Below the pieces are notes generated by a model. That model did not search any database, was not told the DNA's origin, and saw only the letters and a program-made list of their open reading frames with translations. A program made the position numbers and the translations under genes. From a bacterium (GTDB lineage: Bacteria; Electryoneota; Electryoneia; Electryoneales; Electryoneaceae), in contig CAXXKJ010000002.1 in the NCBI GenBank assembly GCA_963675295.2, positions 3,840,001 to 3,904,000 of the forward strand: 64,000 nucleotides of DNA. The letters run 5' to 3'. This document shows, in pieces, positions 9,445 through 18,539 of the stretch (positions are counted from its first letter, which is position 1; each line of letters opens with the position of its first letter).

Positions 9445-10761
9445 GTGCGTCGTATCGCAGTCATTGGGGGAGGTGTCGCCGGCATCGCGGCGGCGTTGTC
9501 AGCGTCCGGACGGGACACACAGGTGACCCTGTTCGAGTCGTTGCCACGTCTCGGCGGGCGTGCGGCTGGTGCGGACGGTGTCGACACCGGCCGTCACCTC
9601 GTGCTTTCCAGCTACGTCTACTTCCTCGATCTGCTGAAACGGCTGGGTTCGCACGACGAAATCCACTTCACGCCACTGCATTTCACCGCCCTCGACGGGG
9701 ACGCGGCCTACGAACTCCCGTTCCACACCGGCATCCTTTCCGGTGCCCTGGCCGCCGGATTCGGGCTGATGGTGCGAAATTTCCTCCCACCCGCAAGCCG
9801 CGCTGCCGCTGTCACCGCTTTAGCCCGCACCGCCGCCTCCGCGCCCGGCGAACCGCACGACCACCAGCTCGCCGGTGACGGAAGCCAGCGCCGCTTCCGC
9901 CGCTCCGGGCTGATCTCGGTGGCCGATCTCTTTGACCGCCTCGGCTGGCCAGTCCCGTTGATCGAACGCCTCGGTGAACCGCTCGCACTCGCGATGGGAA
10001 ACGCGTCATCGCTCGACCTCGCGGCGGGGATGTACCTGAACGCGCTCGCCCGCGTTTTGGCCGACACCGACCCGCGTTCCGGCTGGGTCACCGGCGAACG
10101 CTACGGCTCCGTGCTCAGCGACCCGGCGTTGTGGACATTGAAGGACCGCGGGGTCGACATCCGGCTCGGGGAGGGCGTGCGCTGGGTGGAACGTACCGGC
10201 GACAAATGGCGGCTGGTTTCCGCCATCGCGGAACGCTTCGACCGGGTGATCGTTACCGCCACCCCGCCGCGCCTCAACATCCTCGACGGTGTCCCGGAAG
10301 CCGCGCCGTTGCTGGCGTGGTCGCGACGCATGTCTGGCCGTGCGATCCTCACCATCCGCGCCCGGGTGTACGGCCCGGTTCAAGCTTCCGGCCCGATCGC
10401 CGAAACCACCCCGCCGCACGGCATCTGGTTCCGCGAGTGGCATCCGGACGGCGGCGTGCTGCTCGAACGCGTCATCTCCAACATGGCGAACGACGCCGAC
10501 CTCGACCTCGACCACACCATCATGTCGTTCGCCCAGCATGCGCAGCAATGGTTCAACGCGAAGGTCAACGAGGAAAACGTGGTCGTGCGCTTCTACCCGG
10601 ACGCGACCATGACCATCGCGCCGCAGATGTTGCGTCCGACCGTCCGCCAGGGTCCGGGCCTGTACTACGCGTCCGACCTCTCCGCCACCGGCCTGCCCGC
10701 CACGCTCGAGTCCGCCGCACGAGCCGGATCGCTCGCCGGCAAACTCGCCACGACAGATTAG
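9445..10761 (+). CDS. FAD-dependent oxidoreductase, HpnE/amine-oxidase-like
   Basis: IAVIGGGVAGIAAA, LFESLPRLGGRA, DTGRH, TGLPATLESAARAG; GTG 9445 after GGAGG. Confidence 0.8.
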   Translation: MRRIAVIGGGVAGIAAALSASGRDTQVTLFESLPRLGGRAAGADGVDTGRHLVLSSYVYFLDLLKRLGSHDEIHFTPLHFTALDGDAAYELPFHTGILSGALAAGFGLMVRNFLPPASRAAAVTALARTAASAPGEPHDHQLAGDGSQRRFRRSGLISVADLFDRLGWPVPLIERLGEPLALAMGNASSLDLAAGMYLNALARVLADTDPRSGWVTGERYGSVLSDPALWTLKDRGVDIRLGEGVRWVERTGDKWRLVSAIAERFDRVIVTATPPRLNILDGVPEAAPLLAWSRRMSGRAILTIRARVYGPVQASGPIAETTPPHGIWFREWHPDGGVLLERVISNMANDADLDLDHTIMSFAQHAQQWFNAKVNEENVVVRFYPDATMTIAPQMLRPTVRQGPGLYYASDLSATGLPATLESAARAGSLAGKLATTD

Positions 10762-10774
10762 TGGACAGTCGGTA

Positions 10775-10852
10775 GTTGTCAGATGTCAGTTGTCAGTTGT
10801 CAGTTGTCAGGTCTCAGGTCTCAAGTCTCAGGTCTCAGGTCTCAGGTCTCAG
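10775..10852. repeat. heptamer tandem tract (GTTGTCA then GGTCTCA)
   Basis: About 11 consecutive 7-bp units just after the 10761 stop. Confidence 0.9.
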
Positions 10853-10875
10853 TTTTGAGTGGTCAGTGAAAACTC

Positions 10876-10905
10876 GCTTGCCACGGACTTTTGTCCGTGG
10901 CAAGC
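10876..10905. repeat. palindromic repeat family C (ccacggac...gtccgtgg)
   Basis: gcttgccacggac-tttt-gtccgtggcaagc perfect hairpin; related copies at 56296 and 56341. Confidence 0.8.
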
Positions 10906-10975
10906 AATACCTCACACCTGTTTTAAGCCGTCAGTAACTCACGACTCAATACTCATCACTCACAACTGGTTTTCC

Positions 10976-11190
10976 AGGGTGTCATCCTGAACGCAGTGAA
11001 GGATCTAGATTCCTTATGGTCCTCACTTGAATGGAATATCATCCTGAACGCAGTGAAGGGTCTAGGTTCCAGATGATCTGCACCTGAATAGTACGTCATT
11101 CTGAACGAAGTGAAGAAGATCGGGCTTCGTTGACCGTTATCGAGGCTGAATCTTCTTCATTCCTCTTCGTTCCATTCAGAATGACACCCT
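10976..11190. repeat. REP/MITE-like family B cluster (gtcatcctgaacgcagtgaaggatct)
   Basis: Direct copies at about 10981, 11039 and 11095; inverted end attcagaatgacaccct at about 11174-11190; related copy at 56451. Confidence 0.8.
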
Positions 11191-11205
11191 CGTACCTTCC
11201 ATCCT

Positions 11206-11261
11206 TTACCGATTACCGATTACCGAAAACCGACAACCGTTTACCGACCACCGCTTACCGC
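11206..11261. repeat. heptamer tandem tract (TTACCGA-like)
   Basis: Eight 7-bp units abutting the stop of 11255..12727. Confidence 0.85.
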
Positions 11262-12727
11262 CCCTCCACCTCAAACCACAAACTATCACCCGGCACGAAG
11301 CCGTAGCCTGCCGCGCCGGCACGAACCGTCATCCTGTACTCTCCGGCGGGCAACCCGCCGGGAACTGTCAGGCCGAGATCGGGCCAGGTCAGCCACTCGC
11401 CGTTGGTGACCGTCATACGGCGGTGCCAGACACGGGCGCTGTTGCCGTTCGGACCGGTGACGTCGGCCCAGAGATGGCCGTTTATCGGTTGCGGGAACTG
11501 GTTGTAGACCATGCCGTCGAAGACGACCTCGCCACCGGCGGACGGAACCGTCGTCTGACGCGGAACCAAGCGGATGATGAACTGCGGCGGGTCGTTGGTC
11601 GGGTTTTCGTACCAGTAGACGTGCTCGTTGAACAGGTCGACGTCGCCGTCGTTGTCGATGTCAGCTTTTTCGAGAATGTCCCACAGATAGGGATCATCCT
11701 GGGAATACTGTTCCTGGACAAAGTCGTCGTTATTTCCCTGATTGATGAAGAAGATACCAGAAACCGCAACGTCCATGTCGCCATCGCCATCTACATCCAG
11801 CACGCGAATCGGTTGGGAAGCTCCCAACTCTGTCATTCCAATCGGACCGTAGATCACGTGACGGACGAATGTTGTCCCGCCCTGATGTTCCCACCAGTTG
11901 ATCTGGCCTACATAATCGGGATCCCAGCCACGGATTGTAGCGAAATCCAGATCGCCGTCGCCGTCGAAATCGTCGATATCGAAGTAGGAATATCCGTTTC
12001 CGTACGGTTCGGGAAGCACATCAAGCATCGTATAGACCCACTCACTTCCTGTCCAGGAATAGACAGCGAGGCCGTTGATGCGGGAGGCGATGAATTCAAG
12101 CAGGCCGTCCCCGTTGAAATCCACCAGATCGGAGGGGAAAGACAGGGCATCAAATTCAGGATATACCTGCAAATCAAAGCTGCCATCCGGTTGCTGCCAC
12201 CAGGTGTGCAGGTAGAAGTGGGTATTGGAATTGGGACCATACATGGTGATGAAATCCACGTCGCCGTCGTTGTCAATGTCGCCGGCACTCAGCGGGCCGC
12301 TGTTTGCCACATGTGCTATGAAATGAAGCCGATACTCTGGGTATCCAAGATTTTCCAACCAACCAACGGCGTCTGAAGTCGGATCGGGAGAATCAAGCAT
12401 CCAGCCGCTGAAAATATAATCTTGGTCACCGTCTAAATCGAGATCGGTCGCTGCTGAATGGAAGAAGTAAGCAGAATCCGAGATCTCGGTGTCATGGTGA
12501 AGTACCCATTCCTCGGGTATCATGTTTTCCACAATCCGGAATACGGAGCATAAAACGAGAGGATCTAAGTCGCCATCAAAATCAACATCGTTCATGCCTA
12601 GAAACCCACCAACTACACCAGCTGCACCGGTGGGTAACTCGTGTCGCTCCCACTGGGCGTGGGATGGCAGGGACAGCGACAGGGTGATCAGCAGGATGAG
12701 GGGAAGGGTGAGCAGGTAACGTGTCAT
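11255..12727 (-). CDS. secreted FG-GAP/VCBS-repeat protein with C-terminal Ig-like domain
   Basis: Signal peptide; seven DxDxDGDxD-type repeats (e.g. DIDNDGDVDF); GAGG RBS. Confidence 0.88.
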   Translation of the reverse strand: MTRYLLTLPLILLITLSLSLPSHAQWERHELPTGAAGVVGGFLGMNDVDFDGDLDPLVLCSVFRIVENMIPEEWVLHHDTEISDSAYFFHSAATDLDLDGDQDYIFSGWMLDSPDPTSDAVGWLENLGYPEYRLHFIAHVANSGPLSAGDIDNDGDVDFITMYGPNSNTHFYLHTWWQQPDGSFDLQVYPEFDALSFPSDLVDFNGDGLLEFIASRINGLAVYSWTGSEWVYTMLDVLPEPYGNGYSYFDIDDFDGDGDLDFATIRGWDPDYVGQINWWEHQGGTTFVRHVIYGPIGMTELGASQPIRVLDVDGDGDMDVAVSGIFFINQGNNDDFVQEQYSQDDPYLWDILEKADIDNDGDVDLFNEHVYWYENPTNDPPQFIIRLVPRQTTVPSAGGEVVFDGMVYNQFPQPINGHLWADVTGPNGNSARVWHRRMTVTNGEWLTWPDLGLTVPGGLPAGEYRMTVRAGAAGYGFVPGDSLWFEVEGR

Positions 12728-12881
12728 TGCGGACCTCGGTGGAATCGTGATTCGGCAATATACGACGGGAGAGTGGGCGCTGGTGCCCGTGATTGACCGT
12801 CACGTGTGTTTGTGACGGCTATCGCGGGTCATCCGAAAGCGGATCATCCCGCCTGGCAAAGCCATCCGGGGCACGTAGATT

Positions 12882-12933
12882 CCCGCAACCCGCCGCCCGC
12901 CACCCATAGCCCATATCCTGCAGCCCATCGCCT
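12882..12933. repeat. degenerate heptamer tract (CCCRYNN)
   Basis: cccgcaa cccgccg cccgcca cccatag cccatat cctgcag cccatcg after the gdh stop. Confidence 0.65.
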
Positions 12934-12936
12934 GTC

Positions 12937-14346
12937 TTACGGGAAGATCCCAAGTTCGAGGTAGTTGTACGCGATCTTGTCGATGGCTTCGAGCATCGCG
13001 GCGGTGCGCAGATCGTCAACTTTGTCCTCGCCACGCATCCGCGCCAGCACCCGGTGGAACGAGTCGGTCATCGTCTGATCAAGTCCGGAATCGACCAGTT
13101 CCCATTCCCCGCCACCCGCGAGGATCGCCCGTTTGTCCTCCGGATTCAGCCAGTGGCCGGACGCCCGTTCCATCGCGTCGATCACATTGCCCAGCATGCT
13201 CTTTTCGTGCTTCTGCGTCATCCGTCCGAACCGCATATGCGACAGGTTCTTCAGCCATTCAAAGTAGGAAACGGTCACGCCGCCGGCATTCGCGACAATC
13301 CCCGGCACGATCAGCACCCCCTTCTCACGCAGGATCGTCTCCGCGTCACAGGTCACCGGCCCGTTCGCCCCTTCCACGATGATTTTCGCCTTGATCGCCG
13401 GCGCAACCTCCGCCGTAATCACCGCTTCCGTCGCCGCGGGGACGATAATGTCGCAGTCAGCACCGAACACCGCATTCGAATCACCGAGTTGTTTCGTGTT
13501 GGCGAAATTGAGGATACTGCCGGTCTCTTCACGGTGCTGATGCAACGCCTTGACGTCAATCCCGCCGGGATGGTAGATCGTGCCCTCGATCTCGGAGACC
13601 GCCACGACTTTCGCGTCATATTCCTCGAATGTCAGCCCCGCATTGTAGCCGACATTCCCGAACCCCTGGATCGCGATCCGTTTGCCCACCAGCCCCCGGT
13701 TGCAGCCGATGGACTGCATCAGCTCCCGGTCGTCACACAGCTCGCGGGTGACAAACACCAGCCCGCGCCCTGTCGCCTCGATCCGGCCACGGATCCCGCC
13801 GACAGCCAGCGGTTTGCCGGTGACGCACGCGCTGCCGTCGATATCGTCCCCGCGCAACGTCACGTACGTGTCCATGATCCAGCCCATCTCACGCGGGCCG
13901 GTGCCCATGTCCGGCGCGGGCACATCAATCGCCGGACCGATGAAATCCTTCTTCGCCAGTTCCGCTGTGAACCGCCGCGTGACCGCCTGCAGGTCGTCCA
14001 CGCTGTACTTGCGCGGATCGATCGCCAGCCCGCCGTTCGCCCCACCGAACGGGATCTCCGCGATCGCGCACTTGTACGTCATTAACGCCGAGATCGCACT
14101 GACCGAATCCTCGTTCACATTCGGGTTGAACCGGATCCCGCCCTTCACCGGTGTCTTGTGGTGCGAGTGTTCCGCCCGCCAGCTGTGGATGACTTCGTAC
14201 CCCCGTTCCGTCTGCAACGGAAAACGCACATGCAGCACGGAGTTCACACCCCGAATCTGCTCGAGCAATCCCTGCGGGTGGTCGGTCAGTGCCGCCGCGG
14301 TCGCAAACCGGCGGTCAATGTCCTGGCGAAAGGTCGTACTGGGCAT
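12937..14346 (-). CDS. gdhA: Glu/Leu/Phe/Val dehydrogenase (glutamate dehydrogenase homologue, catalytic Lys replaced by Asn)
   Basis: KGGIRF, MTYKCA, DVPAPD, GRIEATGRG, QGFGNVG, EGANGP, NAGGVTVSYFEW; GGANGG in place of GGAKGG. Confidence 0.9.
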   Translation of the reverse strand: MPSTTFRQDIDRRFATAAALTDHPQGLLEQIRGVNSVLHVRFPLQTERGYEVIHSWRAEHSHHKTPVKGGIRFNPNVNEDSVSAISALMTYKCAIAEIPFGGANGGLAIDPRKYSVDDLQAVTRRFTAELAKKDFIGPAIDVPAPDMGTGPREMGWIMDTYVTLRGDDIDGSACVTGKPLAVGGIRGRIEATGRGLVFVTRELCDDRELMQSIGCNRGLVGKRIAIQGFGNVGYNAGLTFEEYDAKVVAVSEIEGTIYHPGGIDVKALHQHREETGSILNFANTKQLGDSNAVFGADCDIIVPAATEAVITAEVAPAIKAKIIVEGANGPVTCDAETILREKGVLIVPGIVANAGGVTVSYFEWLKNLSHMRFGRMTQKHEKSMLGNVIDAMERASGHWLNPEDKRAILAGGGEWELVDSGLDQTMTDSFHRVLARMRGEDKVDDLRTAAMLEAIDKIAYNYLELGIFP

Positions 14347-14489
14347 GGGTTCCTCACGGTGAAGGTGATCGTGGGGGTGTGTGCGTGCAAAGGTACGTCA
14401 CCCGCGCGAACGTCTCAACGCTCCCACAGTGAGAATTGCCCAACCGGAAGGGGCGCAGCTACTCGCCACGCCCCTCCTGCACAATCTTA

Positions 14490-14978
14490 CTAGTCGCCCG
14501 GCATGTAGGGAACCGGCGGCGTCTTCTGCAACGCACGGATGTACACCGTCAACGCGCCGCGATGGTGCGCCGTGTGATCCTGGATACCGTACAGGCAAAT
14601 GAACCGCGGGAATTGCCCCATCAGCGACGTTTCCGGCATCACCTCCAGCAACTCCTCGTCCGTGCGCTTCCCGAAATTCTCGATCGCACGGTCGAACGAC
14701 TCGTCGAACCACTTGCGCGCGGCAGCCAACGACGTCACCGTCAGCACCCGGTTGTTGTGATCCTCCAACGCATTTTCGTCCCACCCGGGCCCGGTTTCGC
14801 TGAACGCGCTGTCGCTGAACCAGTCAACCGTGTGCGCGGCATGCGCCACCTGCTGCGCCACCGTGTACATCTCATCCTGCGGCTTGAACAGCGAGTCGTC
14901 CTCGGTCAACGGCTTGGTCGACCGGTTGAAGAAAAGGCGGGCCCTTTCCAACTCCATCTTGAACACATCTGCCAGCAT
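14490..14978 (-). CDS. DinB family protein
   Basis: TVAQQVAHAA and DHTAHHRGALTVYIR His triad. Confidence 0.88.
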   Translation of the reverse strand: MLADVFKMELERARLFFNRSTKPLTEDDSLFKPQDEMYTVAQQVAHAAHTVDWFSDSAFSETGPGWDENALEDHNNRVLTVTSLAAARKWFDESFDRAIENFGKRTDEELLEVMPETSLMGQFPRFICLYGIQDHTAHHRGALTVYIRALQKTPPVPYMPGD

Positions 14979-15367
14979 GGTTCCCCTCGTGTGCTACGTG
15001 ATTTTCGATCCAATCTGTACATCGACGCCCGGAATCTACTCCACCCCAACCCGCCGCACAAGGAAAATCTGAACATTTGTTCATACCGGAGCTATAAAGT
15101 GCCTCTCCGTCCAGAATTCACACCCCGGCTGACAATCGTTTGATCATCGCCAAACGCTTACCATATTCCGTAGATCGCGGCTCAGGGCTGATACCACCGA
15201 GTGCAAAGTAGAACTATTCCCGGCGAAATAACATTGCTCCGGAATTTTCGGATAAAAGGGAGGTTTGTACAAAAATCGGATTGATCAGTTTACCTTTCTG
15301 AAGTACATTGAAAATGCACATGTTCCGCACGTCGATTGAGAATGATTCGTTTTACCACCGGGACCTG

Positions 15368-15832
15368 ATGAACACGATCACCTGCACCACGGAAATCGAG
15401 GCTCCACGCGAACAGGTTTTCGACCTGATCCAGGACGAAAGCAAGGTCGGCCTCTGGATGGAGGGCGTGGAACAGCTCGTGTTTCAGGAAAATGAGAAGC
15501 AGGTCGGCGTACATTTCACGCAGCATGTCCGCGAGGGCCGTCACCTGCACAGCTACTCCGGCGAAATCATCCAGTACGATCCCCCGCGCGAATTCGGCAT
15601 CTGGGTCGGCAATGAAGCCTTCATGATGCAGGCGCTGTACTCCCTCGAGGATTCCGGCAACGGCTGCACCCTCACTTACGAAGCGCGCATCATCCAGGCG
15701 AACTGGTTCGTCGGCCTGCTCGCCGGCCTGTTCAAGTACATGACCAAACGCCTGCTCCACCGTCACATGGCCAACCTCAAGCAGCTCGCGGAAAACGGAT
15801 TCGTCGAAGAGTCCGTCCCCGCCTTGTCCTGA
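15368..15832 (+). CDS. SRPBCC/START-like domain protein
   Basis: TEIEAPREQVFDLI...W and C-terminal helix MANLKQLAE; start uncertain (15308 or 15368). Confidence 0.8.
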   Translation: MNTITCTTEIEAPREQVFDLIQDESKVGLWMEGVEQLVFQENEKQVGVHFTQHVREGRHLHSYSGEIIQYDPPREFGIWVGNEAFMMQALYSLEDSGNGCTLTYEARIIQANWFVGLLAGLFKYMTKRLLHRHMANLKQLAENGFVEESVPALS

Positions 15833-15972
15833 TCTCACACGCCCCGGTTGACATCTCACATGTGCCCCGGATGGCTCCGCCAGCCGGGATTATCCGAGGC
15901 TCAAGTATCCGGACCGCGTTGCCCGGCATGGTGCCGTTGCCATCTCGGTTTTCATGGATTCGCCACTAACCC

Positions 15973-17604
15973 TCACCTCGCACGGTTCACCCGCCTGACT
16001 CGCGGCTGCCACGCGTCAACACTCGCCGTCGTATCGGTCACGCCGAGCATACGGAACATCTCCGCACGATCCGTCGCCAGTTCTTCATCGGACGGAATCG
16101 GCGTCGCGACCAGTTCCCGCTGTTGATGCACCGGCGCAAAGTGGCGGTCGGGCGGGGGTTCGCCGCCCTCGACCATCACCGTGAACCACGCTTCATAGTC
16201 GTACAGCGGGAAATCTCCGACACGCAGCAGCAGGTTGTGCGGACCGTTGTGGGCGGTCGCGGGCACGGTCAACGTGACATCCGCGCTGACCGAATCGCCG
16301 CCTGCCACGGTGACGTCGTCCCAGCGACGCAAGGAGTTGGTAATGTTGTAGTTCGGGCCGCGTGCCTGCACCCAGATGTCGGTGCTTTGGTCGTCGGCGA
16401 GCGTGTTGCGGACCGTCCCGGTCCAGGTGAAGGGCTGGCCGGCCTGAACCGTGATCGTGTCAGCGCCGGCGTCGGCACTCAGCACCCACGGCGGTGTCCA
16501 CGAGTCCAGCCGCGCTAGGAAGGCGTGTTTGATGATGTCCGGGTAGTTGACATTGCGCACCGTTGAGCCGAAGACGGGACTCTCGCCGGGCAGCATCGCG
16601 AGCATGGGCTCGAAACCGCCAATATGCTGCGGATTGAACCCGATGAGCCTTTGATACAGCATCTCGCCGTTGGCATTCAAACGCCCGACAGCGCAGTATT
16701 CAATCCCGATGGTGCAGACGAAGTAGCCTCCATCCTTCGCTGGCAATACATCTGCATAGTACAGGTTCGGGGTGGACCAGGCAGCGCGCACGGTCCACTT
16801 GACATCACCGTTGTTCTGAATGCGTACCAGGTTGAGCGTGTCGCCATTGGTGGTGAAAAATGGTCCGCCGAGCGTGAAACCCCCATCCGGGTGATGCATG
16901 GCGCGATTCGTTGAGTAGGGGACTCTGCCGTCCGGATCCCATTGCAGGTATCGCAGGATCTCACCGTCCTGATCGATTTCAGCCAGCATCATCCAAGTTT
17001 CTTCCTCGCTGGTCGTCCAGGATGGCCGGCCGGAACCAGCGACGAACATCCCCCCCTGGTTGGTATGAAAGATGCCGTCCGGCAGATGACTTCCCTCGTA
17101 CTCGGGATAATCCCAGTAAAACTCCTCGACACCAGGTTCGGCAATACCCCGGATTGCAAAATTGCCAACATCCAGACTCTGGTCAAAACCCGCGAGTGCG
17201 TATACTCCCGATGATATTTCGAGAATTGCGTGTGTCCAGAAGTCAACGGGTTCATCATTGCCATTTGGAAATGTCCAGTTCCAGCTTAGATCACGATATC
17301 TTTTCCGATGATCAACATTTGGGGAAGTGCAAAAAAAGCCATTATCCAGTGTTTGGAGTTCCGTTAACTGCGCGCTGGATCCTGTGTTAACGACTTCGCC
17401 ATTCTCATCGTATTCGCGGGAACCCGTGCCTGAGCCCTCGACCAGAAACGTTCCTTCTCGGGTGGTAAACATATTTTCTACGATCATGTACGAGGAATCG
17501 GTCAAGTACATCTGCCAGATCACTTCCGGCGGTGGCTGCGCGATCACGCTCAGGACGGGGAGGAACAGCAATGCGGCGGTCAGGAAAGAATGTCTCATGG
17601 TCAT
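15973..17604 (-). CDS. secreted beta-propeller-like protein with C-terminal Ig-like domain
   Basis: Signal peptide, DGG[YF] and GxxxW repeats, C-terminal domain similar to that of 11255..12727. Confidence 0.8.
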   Translation of the reverse strand: MTMRHSFLTAALLFLPVLSVIAQPPPEVIWQMYLTDSSYMIVENMFTTREGTFLVEGSGTGSREYDENGEVVNTGSSAQLTELQTLDNGFFCTSPNVDHRKRYRDLSWNWTFPNGNDEPVDFWTHAILEISSGVYALAGFDQSLDVGNFAIRGIAEPGVEEFYWDYPEYEGSHLPDGIFHTNQGGMFVAGSGRPSWTTSEEETWMMLAEIDQDGEILRYLQWDPDGRVPYSTNRAMHHPDGGFTLGGPFFTTNGDTLNLVRIQNNGDVKWTVRAAWSTPNLYYADVLPAKDGGYFVCTIGIEYCAVGRLNANGEMLYQRLIGFNPQHIGGFEPMLAMLPGESPVFGSTVRNVNYPDIIKHAFLARLDSWTPPWVLSADAGADTITVQAGQPFTWTGTVRNTLADDQSTDIWVQARGPNYNITNSLRRWDDVTVAGGDSVSADVTLTVPATAHNGPHNLLLRVGDFPLYDYEAWFTVMVEGGEPPPDRHFAPVHQQRELVATPIPSDEELATDRAEMFRMLGVTDTTASVDAWQPRVRRVNRAR

Positions 17605-17989
17605 GCCCTCGGCTGATTGATCTGTAATATACGGTCATTGCACGGCGATGCAACGGATTTCACGGTAACGCGACGGTTATCACGACTGCGCTGCGGAATT
17701 TGTAGACCCGAACCCGTATGCTTCAGACGATCCTTGCTCGGATTACAGCACACGACAACGCGGCTCATCCACCCTTGACAACGCGAGTCCTGTTTCGTAC
17801 TATTGAACATTCGTTCACGATCAGAACGGATGCCTTCACCCACCACCGCCGTTTCACGTCATGCCACCTTCGCATTCCACACTGCCGAATCTGTCAAACC
17901 GATACCGCCCGTGGTTTCATCTCCACAGACTGGTTCGTCTGGCGTGCGCCCTGGTTTCACGGTTGCGGCGGCGAACTCTGCGTTTCCCG

Positions 17990-18185
17990 ACCCCGACGGG
18001 GTGGCATCCCGAGCCCAGAGCCCAGAGCCCGAGGCCCGCTTCACCGCTCACCCCGAAGGGGTGGCATCTGACTAGCTCCGGGTGTCAACCCGGGGAGACG
18101 GATCATCCCCCCTCCCCCGCTGCACCGCCCACTCCAACGGGGTGGCATCCCGAGCCCAGAGCCCAGAGCCCCGAGCCCGCTTCAC
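17990..18185. repeat. REP-like cluster (ccccgaaggggtggcatc) with GAGCCCA heptamers
   Basis: Three ggggtggcatc units, two gagcccagagcccagagccc tracts and a ccgggtgtcaacccgg hairpin. Confidence 0.75.
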
Positions 18186-18539
18186 TACCCACCGGCCAAC
18201 CGGTCCCACCGGAACTCCTCGACGAATACGGCCGTCTCAAACGTCCCAAACCCAAACCCCGCAAACGGTACAAGCCGGGTCATGGTCCAGGCGGACCCGG
18301 CGGCGGCTGGAACCGGGGCCTGAAACACACCCTCAAACCCGACCGCGGCCGGTTGATTTACCCCGAACTGATCTGGCGTGAGAACCACGGCTACCGATCC
18401 GCGTACGCCGGCTTTGTCCGCTACAACCATACCCCCACGGTCTCCGCCACATCGAGCTTGCACGCTTCCCCGCATCGCCCCATCTTCCCGCCATGCGAAC
18501 AGGTTGCTTCGACATTGCCCCATCCGGCACGGACCGTCC

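Noticed and set aside
10981-11121. Possible CRISPR from three regularly spaced repeats
   Set aside because: The repeats are degenerate, there is an inverted terminal copy and a dispersed copy at 56451, and no cas genes are present.
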